Shown: in pieces, positions 40,414-51,040 of the stretch
Numbering within the stretch: position 1 is the stretch's first letter
How the letters are laid out: the number at the start of each line of letters is the position of its first letter
Assembly (NCBI GenBank): GCA_965637545.1
Contig: OZ281494.1
Span: 2,232,001-2,296,000, forward strand
Source: Phallusia mammillata
Taxonomy: Eukaryota
DNA: 64,000 nt
Direction: 5' to 3'
Program-made: the position numbers and the translations under genes
Notes under the pieces: generated by a model
Databases searched by the model: none
What the model was told of the DNA's origin: nothing
What the model saw: the letters and a program-made list of their open reading frames with translations, nothing else

Positions 40414-43400
40414 TCATTCATTTCCGCATTGGAACCGCGACCAAGCTCTTTTCACAGCTTCTCTAACTTCTTCTTGCATCACACAGTAGATGATGAAGAT
40501 AAATAAACCTTGCAATCCGTTCACCGTCACATTGATGTACATGAAGAACTCGTTGCTCGCAGTTGAACCTATCCCTGCAACAAGAATAAGATGATACTTA
40601 AAACAAAATTAGAAGTCAACAGGCACATTGCTAAAAGTAGCGTGTTTGTGGTTTTCAATTACTGCACCACTGCTATTATAATATTGTCATGTACGCAAGG
40701 TATCTGTGTTCGTTGAAAACAATTGTAAGCAATGTTTCATTAACACGCTGTGGCCACACACCAGCCTATGCGTAGCATACATTTTCATGCCTGGGCATAC
40801 ACAAAAGCTTCCTCAAGGCACTGAGGAACACTGCAGGCATTATTACATTTACTCGACGTGGCCACACACTAGTTTATGCGCAGCATAGATTTCCTCATAT
40901 TTGGGAAGAAAAGCTCCCTGAGTAAATCTTAGATGTGCTGGCTATGGACTAAGCGTCTTTCATTGTTAAGCACACAGTGTTTGTGGACTACAATACGTGA
41001 GCAGTTCACAACACTGCAAGCGATATGCTTATGGAGATCAATTGTTGTTACCTACAAATATTCCCAGCACAAGTGGGATTCCCATGACAGGAGTCAGCAG
41101 CAGCAACTTCTTTGCGATGTCGCCCACCACAAGAATCTTGATCTTTTTTGTGATTTTATCATTCGCGTTTGGACGACATACGCGGCCTCGACGTGGTTGG
41201 TTGGCGTTTAGGCGGGAAATGAAGACGACCACGTGGCCGAGAATGAGAAGGTTGATGAGGATGCAGAGAGAGATTGGACCAATCACCGACCAGTAGAAGA
41301 GATGGGACTGATGGTAGAGGAAACAACGCAGGGTATTGTCGTTCGTGGAGGCGTTCAACGCTGTTTGATTCACCGCACTTGGAGTGAGGTAATTCTCTGT
41401 GAAGACGAAACCAACAACTGCAGCTGCTGCTGTAATGATTAAGGGGATTCCCCAGCCGACGAGAGCTCTGATGACGTTTAGCTTGGTCGGGTTGATCGCG
41501 TTGAATTGAAGAGACTTGGACGAAGTTTTCATGGCCAGTGTGATTCCCTCCACCAACATCCAGAACACTGTTAAACAATATTCAATGTAAGCTTATTTGA
41601 ATACACAAATTAAGGAGACAAAACTTCCGTGAACATGTTAATTAATAAGTTATATAATGCTGAAGGTGGTTTTGCGTCATGTTTGGCTCCTTAAACTGGT
41701 GAGAAAATTATTGAAGGATTTACAGTTAAAACAAATTATTGTATCAGGAGAGCAAGGTGGGTTGTTGGACATTGATTGCCTATAGCCTGTATCGCGCCGT
41801 AAAAAAAACAATTGTATGACAATGCCATTTTGCGTAGGAAATATAAATTTACATGTGCATGTGTGTTTTAAAAGATTCATATCATTATAAGCTAGTCTAA
41901 TCTATTGTGGTTAGATTGCCTTGTCACGTCAATTACCTGAAGACAGCAGGAAGTAGTGCATGGCAACCGCCAGAGCCTCGCACAGTTGTGGATACGTCAT
42001 AGCGACGTCATGGATTAAATTGATTGCGTGGAAGATCATGAGAGCCAGTGACAAGTTGATTTGAACAAAGAGTCGGTCGTTCACGATCGCGTGGCGGACG
42101 TTGACGATTGTAATGACAGTAATGATGAGAAACAAAACCGTTGTGCTTTCGGTGATGTAAGACAGGATCTGGAACAACACAAAATTCTATTGGGTTTCGC
42201 GAAATACTAACGTCATTTTGCTAAAATCATCACTTGCGAAATAACTACCATTTTAAAAGAGATTTTTGTCATTAAAACCTGGGAACAAGAAGAAACAAGT
42301 AAAGCCTGATTATTTCAGATTCTAAATTAGGGAGCATAAACCCTGATTTTAGTTTGTAAACAGTAGGTTTTTGATGCACAATTTTTTGTTTTTATTATTG
42401 CACTTACGTACAGTAGCATTGGACACGTAACTCACGTTGTACGATGAGAAATATTAAATTTTTCTTACCTTGACTGAAGCGACCTGGACAACTGGGCCGA
42501 CTGCCAGGAGCACTGCAAACACTGTCGTGTGATCACATACACAAGAAACCTTCGACTGATTAGTTGTTGTCTCAGTTTCGCAGCCTTTAGTCGAAAACAG
42601 GTGTGTATTTGGATCAACAAACGCGCAAATCCATTTGGTTTTGCGATCTTGTTTTGCTGCGTTGTCACGTTGAATGCTCGCACTGACTGGAATCGGTAGA
42701 GCAAAGCTTACTTTGGCTTGAGCGGGCTTCCTGGCGGACAGGTTACCGGCGATTATGGATAGTAGCGGTTGATCGTCAAACGTTTGCACCTCGTCATAGC
42801 CAACGGGTGCCACTTCTTCTGGGTCGTTGACAAAATGTTGTTTCGTACTTGAATTAAAGTCTATTACGGTTATAACGACTGCGAAAGCCGACTTGGAAAC
42901 ACGCTCTACGCTGTTAACGTCGGCTTGGTCTATGCTTAGCTGGCTTTCGCTGGATTCAGAAAATCTTTGCAATCTTGTTACATTATCCGCATAAATTGCG
43001 ACTAGACCAGATAAACTTAGAATAAAACGATCAATGTGTTCGACGATCTCCAATTGGGTGATGTAAGGTGGACCTAGGTAAAAAAAACACTCATTTCTGT
43101 TTTATAGAAAACCTTTTCTGGAAAGAAAAATCTTCTACATAGAAAATTTAAAAACGAAATTAAAAGGAAATTTAAGCACCGACACGACGTAATATCTGAT
43201 ATATTTTAGTTTTATCAGACATTTCCACATGGTTCTGGCAACAAATTCTGTTTAGACCGAAAACTATCAGGTCCATGTATAGTTGTCTTACAGAAAGTAG
43301 TCAATAAATAAGTTCTTTGGATATAAAAACTTGAAAGTAACCGAAACGGTTCGAAAATTATTGAATCTAGGTAAAAAAACGTTTTCAAAATTGATCTATA

Positions 43401-45220
43401 GATCGAAAAACACCCTTTTCCGCTTACTCTAGAATTTTTATAAAAAGTAAAACTCTAAAAACAGTTGTTCAACTTGGTAAGTTGACGATTTTTTAATTGC
43501 CACTATCCGACAGCAAAGTTACGGCTGTTCGTTCAGAAACATAAAGAGCTATCAAAAAAACATAATGCATGGCAAAGAAGATTTTTTTGAGTAAATAGGA
43601 TTACGATTTTTGACAAACTTCTCATTAAGCTTGAATTTATAGTTCAAATCTGAACTAACAGTGAGCATTATAATCGCCTTTTCTCTACTCACCGTCGAAA
43701 GGAGAGCAATTATAGCTTATATTAATGAAAGAATATGGAGGAATAAATACTCCAAGGCCACCTGGCAGAAGTCCAAGGTCACATGTCGGACACACATCCG
43801 AGTCTAAGCTGCAGGAACTTTGACCGTGGCAGTGTTTCATGATTACGATCTGGTCAATAGGATATTGATGAGAATCTGGACCAATGTTACCGCATCTGTT
43901 TGTAAGATATAAACACAAAAGTTGTACATTTCCAACAACGTCCTGTTATTTTTTGTTTCTTTGCTTTACGTTAGTTTTTTTTTGAAGATGACTTAGTTAT
44001 ACTTATCAAACATCTGATTTTCTTGCAATTTAGATTGTAACAAAGACCATGTAAAGTTGAGTTATGTCATTTTCTAAAAGAAAACATTTAGCCACTAATC
44101 GCACTGGCTGGTAGTCGTACCTCATATTGAGAACCAAAAACAGTCGAAAATGCTCTTATAAAAATTAACGTTACAGTCGAAAACAGATGTTGTGTGTGGC
44201 ATTGAGCAGTGTTACTTTACTAGAGTTACTTTATGGCCAGCATTGTGCCAACCTCGCTTTCTGGTGAGCCTCTTTGGCATAACGCTTAATAATACGTTCT
44301 AGCTAGGGCGGTTCAGCCATGATTTACGAATTGTGCCCCTCCTCTGTTTCGCTCCTTATAACATTTATACGTTGCGTAGCTATTTATTTGAAATTTAACC
44401 CAGTCGATTTATCGTTTTTTCTAAACTACGTTCATACATGCGATTCCAACCGACCGTCTATTATCAGTTTAACAGCTTTGTTGGTTTTACTTGATCGCTT
44501 GGTTTGAACCTGTATTTAAAAATAAATAAAGTGCTTGTTTTTTAATCATACTGGCTGATGCTTCTTATTAATCAGAGATAAACTAGCTTTATAAAATGAT
44601 TTGACTCACCCAGAAGCATCCCACCCTCTTGTGACATTCATCCTTTTCACAAAGATTTTTGTTTTGTTTTCGCAGGATATTTCTTTATAGCCACAAACTA
44701 ATAACAAATAAATGTATGGATTAATCTTTACTTTAAAGAAAGCATCTATAGGTCAAAATGTAACTTACTAATGCATGTACGGTCAGTTCCATTGGTACAA
44801 ACCGATGTATTTTGTTGTTGTGCAACAGATGCGGTGTCAGGCATTAAAAAACCTAACCATATCAAAACATTATTTTCATCCTTTGTTGCATGATAAAAAA
44901 ATCTAATCAAGGGAGAATAAGCAATTTCGTAGAACCCGACGAGAATAATCAAAACTGATGCAAAATAAACTAGACGTTATAAGCACTAACTTGTATTTGC
45001 ACAAGATTATTAACTTGTATTTGCAAAAGATAGACGTTTTTACAAATCCAACATTACTTTGGTTATGCAGTTTGACATCTTTTCATTTTTATCTCACGGA
45101 GAAGAATTGGCAAATTTCAACTAAGTTAAGCTGTATATTTGTTAATGTTTACTCACCAAAAGCAGGGACGTATACATGCCACAGGAACAAAAGCAAAACA
45201 AGTCGTTTAGCGCCAATCAT
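40414..45220 (-). CDS. Adhesion GPCR: signal, galactose/rhamnose-binding (SUEL) lectin domain, short GAIN with GPS, secretin-like 7TM (650 aa, 8 exons)
   Basis: Exons 45157-45220, 44769-44852, 44610-44697, 43693-43895, 42469-43073, 41937-42168, 41052-41567, 40414-40574. All GT-AG and phase-consistent, total 1953 nt. GPS WICAF...FSTKGC...CVCDH-T-TVFAVLL; 7TM motifs HYFLLS-VFWMLVEG, GWGIP, NGLQGLFIFIIYC. Confidence 0.88.
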
Positions 45221-46065
45221 TTTTCCTACTATTTGCAACATACCGAACTAAAATTTAATAACTTACATGTACCTTTGGATTAATTAGCAGTTACACTAAA
45301 TTTTTATCTATTTTTTGAACCTACTATAGTATACATTTTATGTAATCTAAATCTGTTGCAACTGCTTAGTGGGGATTTTAAATTACATCATAATTAGAAA
45401 ACTCCAGAAAATAACTTTCCCCTCGTTTATTACCTTTGTCGCCATAATTTCTTTCAACGTCCAATACTGATATGTGATATGGAATAATGCTAACACAAAC
45501 TGTCAACAGTTAATGATTAAAATTCTCCAGCCAACGGTTGTACCAGGAGAGAACATGTTTCGTGTCACTGTATTTGCAGGAAATTTTTTACAAACCACCT
45601 AGAGGAACTGCGTCATACAAGACGTATTATGTTGTCATGGCGATTCGTTGTGCAATGTACATGAACAGTTTGAAGATAATGGAAATATATTTTAATTAAA
45701 TTAAAACTGCCAGATTCGGTGAATCGTTGAGTTGATTTTATTTCGCTTGGTGAAACAACACATTGCGATAAAACAATCACCAAACCGAAATGGCTCCGCA
45801 CCACAAAATCGGTGGATCATGATTAAACACGCTACAGCTACATCTTTTCACAAAGTTTCCCAAAGTTAGTTTTTAAAAGCGAATATTTTTCCAAAAAGGT
45901 ATTGACCATCAATAGGTTATTCGAAACCAAATTGCTTTCGTCAAATTTGCTGACGAGTTGCCGGCGTTGTTCGCAAGTAACTACAGGGCTATTTAAAAAC
46001 GTGTAGATAAAATTAACGGCTCAACGCATACTTTCATAGTAAAATGTTGAAATCAGGCAAGGTAT

Positions 46066-49000
46066 TTACCATTTATTGGAACAAACAAGCAACATAACTA
46101 GGAATGCAATGACAAACATTCCAACTACAAAATTATTTCTCAGTTCCTTTTTCATTTGCAGAAACACAGAATCGTCCTTCATGTATTGATCAAACAAAGT
46201 AGCACCGACATTTCTTCTCGGAAAATTAATGGACGGGACTTTAAGCTTTAAAAACTCACACAAGGGTTCCCAGCCTTCTTCAGCTTTGAATATCAAAAGC
46301 TTCTCTTGCGGGCAGTTCTGTGTACAAGACAGGATGGATGTGTCAAAAAAGGTTAAAGGTAATTTTGTCTAGATCACTTATTAGGTTGCTGGATGTAAGT
46401 TTTACCATGTGCTTGAATTTGCTTAAGATTATGAGTTTATGTTTCTGATCAGCCCAACTTACACAAGTAATCATTATTTGTGAATTTATAAATCACTCGT
46501 TTAAGCGAAAAACTATCGTTGCATTGCTGCCACAAAAACTAAGTTACGGTTTAAAATTGATGACTTAGCTGGCGAAAACGCAAAATTAATAAGCTTTGTC
46601 GTGATTAGTGAAGGTATCATGGTACCCCATGCCAGTTATGTTGCAAAAACATGCGCTAACGTTCCTACCGTCATAACATCGGTGTTGTGGCGTCGAAATC
46701 TGTTCAGTTGGACAACTTCACTGGCCTTCCAACTTCCAAAAGGAACCATCGGGTGAATGGAATGCACGGGTAAGTCTAAAACGTAAACAAGTAGAGCTGT
46801 AGGAATTCTAATGCTTTAACGACAAAGTCTTTGTCTTGGAAGTGTCTTTTTCTGTATGTTTATGGATCAAACTCCGAGACATTAGGCCCTGTTGACGCAG
46901 TGTTGTTTTGGCCATGTGTACAGCTCTACACATAACAATGATGCCAACTAAGGCTGATATAAACGTACTGACAAGCTATTGTTTCGAAACCCGGGATACT
47001 GGCATTGGAATATTTAACAATGTGCAGAGTATCAGGTTTTACCCAACCACTCTCTTTCGACCGGTTTACCACCGAGCCTGTGTAGCTAGTGGGCAGAGCT
47101 CAAATATGCAAGAGTTTTTGCCCTCTGATTTGCCATGCGAGGATGCTTGGGAAGTCGGCGTGATTCGATGTAACCCTTTTAATAGGTCAGGTTTAATGAA
47201 ACATTTTGTGAGTTTTGTTTCACATTACGTCAGATCTATCCATTTTAACAAATCAATCTGGTTTCCCAAGCACATGCTGGGAGCTGAACTGTTTATTATT
47301 TGGGTTCAGGTTTCGGTTAGAGTTCGCCCGGTATAGCTCCTTTCTCGCGTTTATTATTCACTGCGCTGTTTTGTCTAAAACATAAATATAATACAGGCTG
47401 CATTTTATACTGGTTGGGTTTCGGTTCGGGTCCAGCGCCGAACAAAATCTTAGGGTTCAATTCCGGTTCGAGTTTTTAGAAAATCGTACTTGGCGGTTCG
47501 AGTTCGATTTCGGTGAAATGCAATAAATCGTTCAAACCGGTTCGCACATTCGGGTTCAGTTCCGGTTTGACTCCCTGCTTTATTTGTCAAGACACAGAAT
47601 AGAACGATTAATAATCCCATTCAATTACCTCAACAAACTTTTAGTAATAGATTACCACAACTCACAAAATCGTCTGTGAAATCGAAAGTAGCTCCATCCG
47701 GTTTGTGTAAATGTCATGAAACAAATGAGGAGATAGTTCGTTTCCCAAACATCAAGTTGACGAAGCCAACTCTTTACCCAACTCTCTGCCACTCGCATTG
47801 ACAACACTACCTGTTGGAATGAAACCATCAAAAAGTGAAAAGAGGTTTTTAGTAAACAAATCATAGTACACCAAGCCCATCGAAAGGCTTTATACCGAGC
47901 CGGTTACTAAACATTGCCGCACATGCCACACAGCCAAAAATAATCGCATTGACTATTTAGTTTCACGTTAATTGTGGCGATGTACCTGTTGCACACCAGA
48001 GCTTTCGTGTGCTTAAGCGTTCGTTAGTTTTATTTAACAAATTTGTCGTTCAACTGGTGTTAAAGTAAACAAAATACTAGTTGTTGTTTCAAGAACTTGT
48101 ATTTGCTGTTTACTTTAACACCAGTTGAACGACAAATTTGTTAAATATGCAACCTGGTGGACGAAACACCTGTTCAGTATTTTCGTTAGTTTTATGCCGG
48201 TATTATTCAGTTTTTTTCTGTTTTTTCTTCATCATTTATCTTTTCCTGTTGTTCTGTCATTATCTTTATTGATGATTTGTTTAGAACTTAAAAAGCCATA
48301 CTGTGTACAGCGAAATTGACACAAGAGTTAAGATATACACAGGCTGATTAAAGTGCTGTTAGTTACAGCTGTGACAGCCTGCGCTGGGATTCGAACCCTC
48401 CAAGCACACCTTTGCTACTAATATGATATTGTCAGTTTGATGTAGAAAATGTCGTGGGTTGGCAATATCTGAACCTCCAACAGCCGCCATGCATACGGAA
48501 GATAACTGTACAAATTGTTGAAAGACTCGAAATTTAAGAGAACTGTCTTAATTGCTAACAGAATCAGTCAGTAAATTAAAAAGTGGGAATATATATTTCG
48601 CCTAATAATGGAATCATCAGTTCCTTATTCAAAAAGAATCTTATTCAATACATGTTTTTATTTGAATAAGGAACAGATGATACCATTATTAGGGGAAATA
48701 TATATTCCTACTTTCTAAATTACTGACTGATCCTATTAGCAATTGAGACAGTTCTCTCAAATTTCGAGTCAGTTTCATTTTCAATTTTTGTACCCAAGCA
48801 ATAAATGAAAAAGCTCGTTTTTAATGAAGTTATGTTTACCATGAATGGGCGGTTAAAGGACTTTTAGCTTGAAATACCTGTGATACCAATACTAAAACAT
48901 AGTGTTTTCGTTATTCTGGACAATCCTACAAACTCCCCGACTATCGTCAGGCTTATCTCTTTTAAAGTTGTTAATTATAAATTATTCGCAAAATCTTCAA

Positions 49001-50663
49001 TATCTGTAGCCAACTTTATTTCACTTTTTATTTCAATACAACCTTTGCCTCGGGGAAGGCATCGCACAATTGCTTCCAGAAGAAGTACACAGGTAGCCCA
49101 ATAACAACGTCAACCCCTTCATACGATCTTCGTATATCATCAACCGTGGCTTTTCCATCCATCAAGTCATACCAGACCTACATGCAAATTTCGTAAATAT
49201 TGTTAGTGTAACTGTGTTTGAAAATGAATCTTCAAATTTAGGTACAGCATTCACGATTTTAGATATTCTCAGCAAATATACACATTAATGGGAAAGCCAA
49301 CACATTAATGGGAACCTACAAACGCGCCTGTATCCACTGTTCTTTTATGACCGACTGGTTGCTTTTTGTCTGCAAATTCGCGTCGCCCCATTTTTTTATT
49401 GTATGGCACAAAGTTGCGATCAGTTTGTGGCGTTCATTTTAAATTTTATCTTACAATAGCAATAGAATCTGTGGGAACGTAGTAACGTTTGCACTAATAT
49501 ACAGGCTTGTATTTTTTTGCTAAGATTCTTTGTATGTTTAGAATTTAACGAATAGTTTTTGAATTGGTTGTCAAACTACTGCTTTTCTATGGTGCAACGT
49601 TCCGTTTGTGGTATTGTCGTATGTTACTGTGTAGTCAGTGTGAATGGTCAGCAATGCTATAAACCAGCGGTTCTCAAACTTTTTTGACCGCGACCCAATT
49701 TGAGTTTTATGAACAGCTCACGACCCAAGCCTCAAACATAAAATAATTTCGAGGCCACGTCGTCGCCGCATAGGAGTCTGCCCACTTCAAAATGGCTGCA
49801 GGTTTAACGAGTTCGATTCGACAATACTACATAACACAATACACATTGTGGCTTTGCAGCACCATTGATAGAAGTGAATACCAAATCTAAAAACGTTTCC
49901 TCATCCTCAACCGCTAACTGTTACATCTCCACGTTCACTTTCGCATGATTAACTTGTCCTTTTATTTGCCGTGCTATGACGTAACAATCGCCAAGTGCGT
50001 AACAGTAAAATTGAAAGGCTATTGTCAGTATTTTGCAATGATTAGTTCATTTTTCTGTACAACGTGGTCGAGTGAGGGAGTTTTCTACTACTACACTAAG
50101 TAAATTCGTTTGTGTTTACTTAATGCAGTAATAGTTCGCTTGGGCAGAATTGAACCACCATTACGCGACCCATTTTTTGACCCTGCGCGACCCATGTTTG
50201 GGTCGCGACCCATACTTTGAGAACCACTGCTATAAACCGACCAAATTTTGGCGCTTTAGCCTGTGGACACAGCTCATATACTCTGGACATGCCCTGTTGT
50301 CCTTGCTTAGTGCATACAATGCTGCAAATATTACAATTAAACCTACATTATCAGCGAATTCCCAAAACTTCTGTAGGAAACTTCTTAAAATAGTTGTAAA
50401 GGTAAGCATAACTGTTGCTTTCAGAACTTCATTCAAATTTGGTAAGCATACGAAATCGACAAACAACATTTGATGAGCGGTGTCATAATGCACGAAAATG
50501 TCATCATGGTTGGTAAACAAAACAGAACTTACGGTTTGCAGTTTACCTGTCGATGATAGAGGAAGTGCTGTTTCGTGTCATGGACCACAAAGCCTAGGAT
50601 CTTAAAAGCCTCTGCCAATGATTTAGTGCCGGTTTTCGATACACCAGCCATTATAACCTTCAT
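46066..50663 (-). CDS. Sulfotransferase-family (Sulfotransfer_4-like) protein with C-terminal membrane anchor (251 aa, 5 exons)
   Basis: Exons 50547-50663, 49043-49177, 47666-47810, 46669-46775, 46066-46317; 756 nt, phases match. Motifs MKVIMAGVSKTGTKSL, DVVIGLPVYFFWKQLCDAFPEAKVVLSMR, RRHNTDV, EGWEPLCEFL...FPRRN. Hydrophobic tail FVVGMFVIAFLVMLLVC. Confidence 0.9.
47290..47577 (-). repeat. GGTTCG/CCGG-rich transposon end fragment; same terminus occurs at 5757-5781
   Basis: The reverse complement of 47553-47577 (CAGGGAGTCAAACCGGAACTGAACC) matches 5757-5781 at 24/25. No TSD or second terminus identified. Confidence 0.45.
48031..48147. repeat. Perfect 41-bp inverted repeat (hairpin) in a sulfotransferase intron
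   Basis: 48031-48071 is the exact reverse complement of 48107-48147, with a 35-bp loop. Confidence 0.9.
48524..48770. mobile_element. Foldback/MITE-like long imperfect palindrome
   Basis: Arms of ~100 bp (gactcgaaattt.agagaactgtct.aattgctaa... / ...ttagcaattgagacagttctctcaaatttcgagtc). No clear TSD. Confidence 0.65.
49665..50229. mobile_element. hAT (Charlie-like) MITE (family 4) in sulfotransferase intron 1
   Basis: TIRs CAGCGGTTCTCAAA / TTTGAGAACCACTG, subterminal CGCGACCC repeats, perfect 8-bp TSD CTATAAAC. Confidence 0.92.
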
Positions 50664-51040
50664 ATTTCCAAACTTTGTAGCAAAGCAACATCAACTGACT
50701 AACAACATACACCAACAACTGAACGGGCAATACTTGCATTGCTTCCTCACTGCATTTCACTTAGAAATGTATTAATCTTTCGATTTATTATGAGTGAGAT
50801 ATGCATCAAAAAGAAACAAGCTAAATATCGGCGAGAAAGATCATCTATGCCAATTTACAAACGAAAGATACTTATAATGCACAATGCAGAAAGAAAATAG
50901 TATGTTAAATGTTGGGGGATTGTAATATATACCACTGTACCGATTCGCTTAAAACAATGGGCCTATTATGTGCGGAATATCTTTTAATTGTCAAAATACA
51001 CGAAAACAACGGTCTCCGCATAAAAATAAAGCAAACAAGA

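Noticed and set aside
40745-40900. Two imperfect ~110-bp direct repeats in the last adhesion-GPCR intron
   Set aside because: Only two degenerate units, with no TSD or coding signal. An ordinary local duplication.
44853-44900. Apparent frameshifted signal peptide (MKIMF*/VLIWLGFL) for the adhesion GPCR
   Set aside because: A proper signal exon at 45157-45220 splices in phase to the acceptor at 44852, so no frameshift is needed.
48375-48410. tRNA-like T-arm/B-box GGGTTCGAATCCC on the minus strand
   Set aside because: No D-arm, anticodon arm or acceptor stem can be folded around it. At most a SINE relic.
50230-50520. 96-aa minus-strand ORF in sulfotransferase intron 1
   Set aside because: No recognisable motif, and the gene model is complete and in frame without it.
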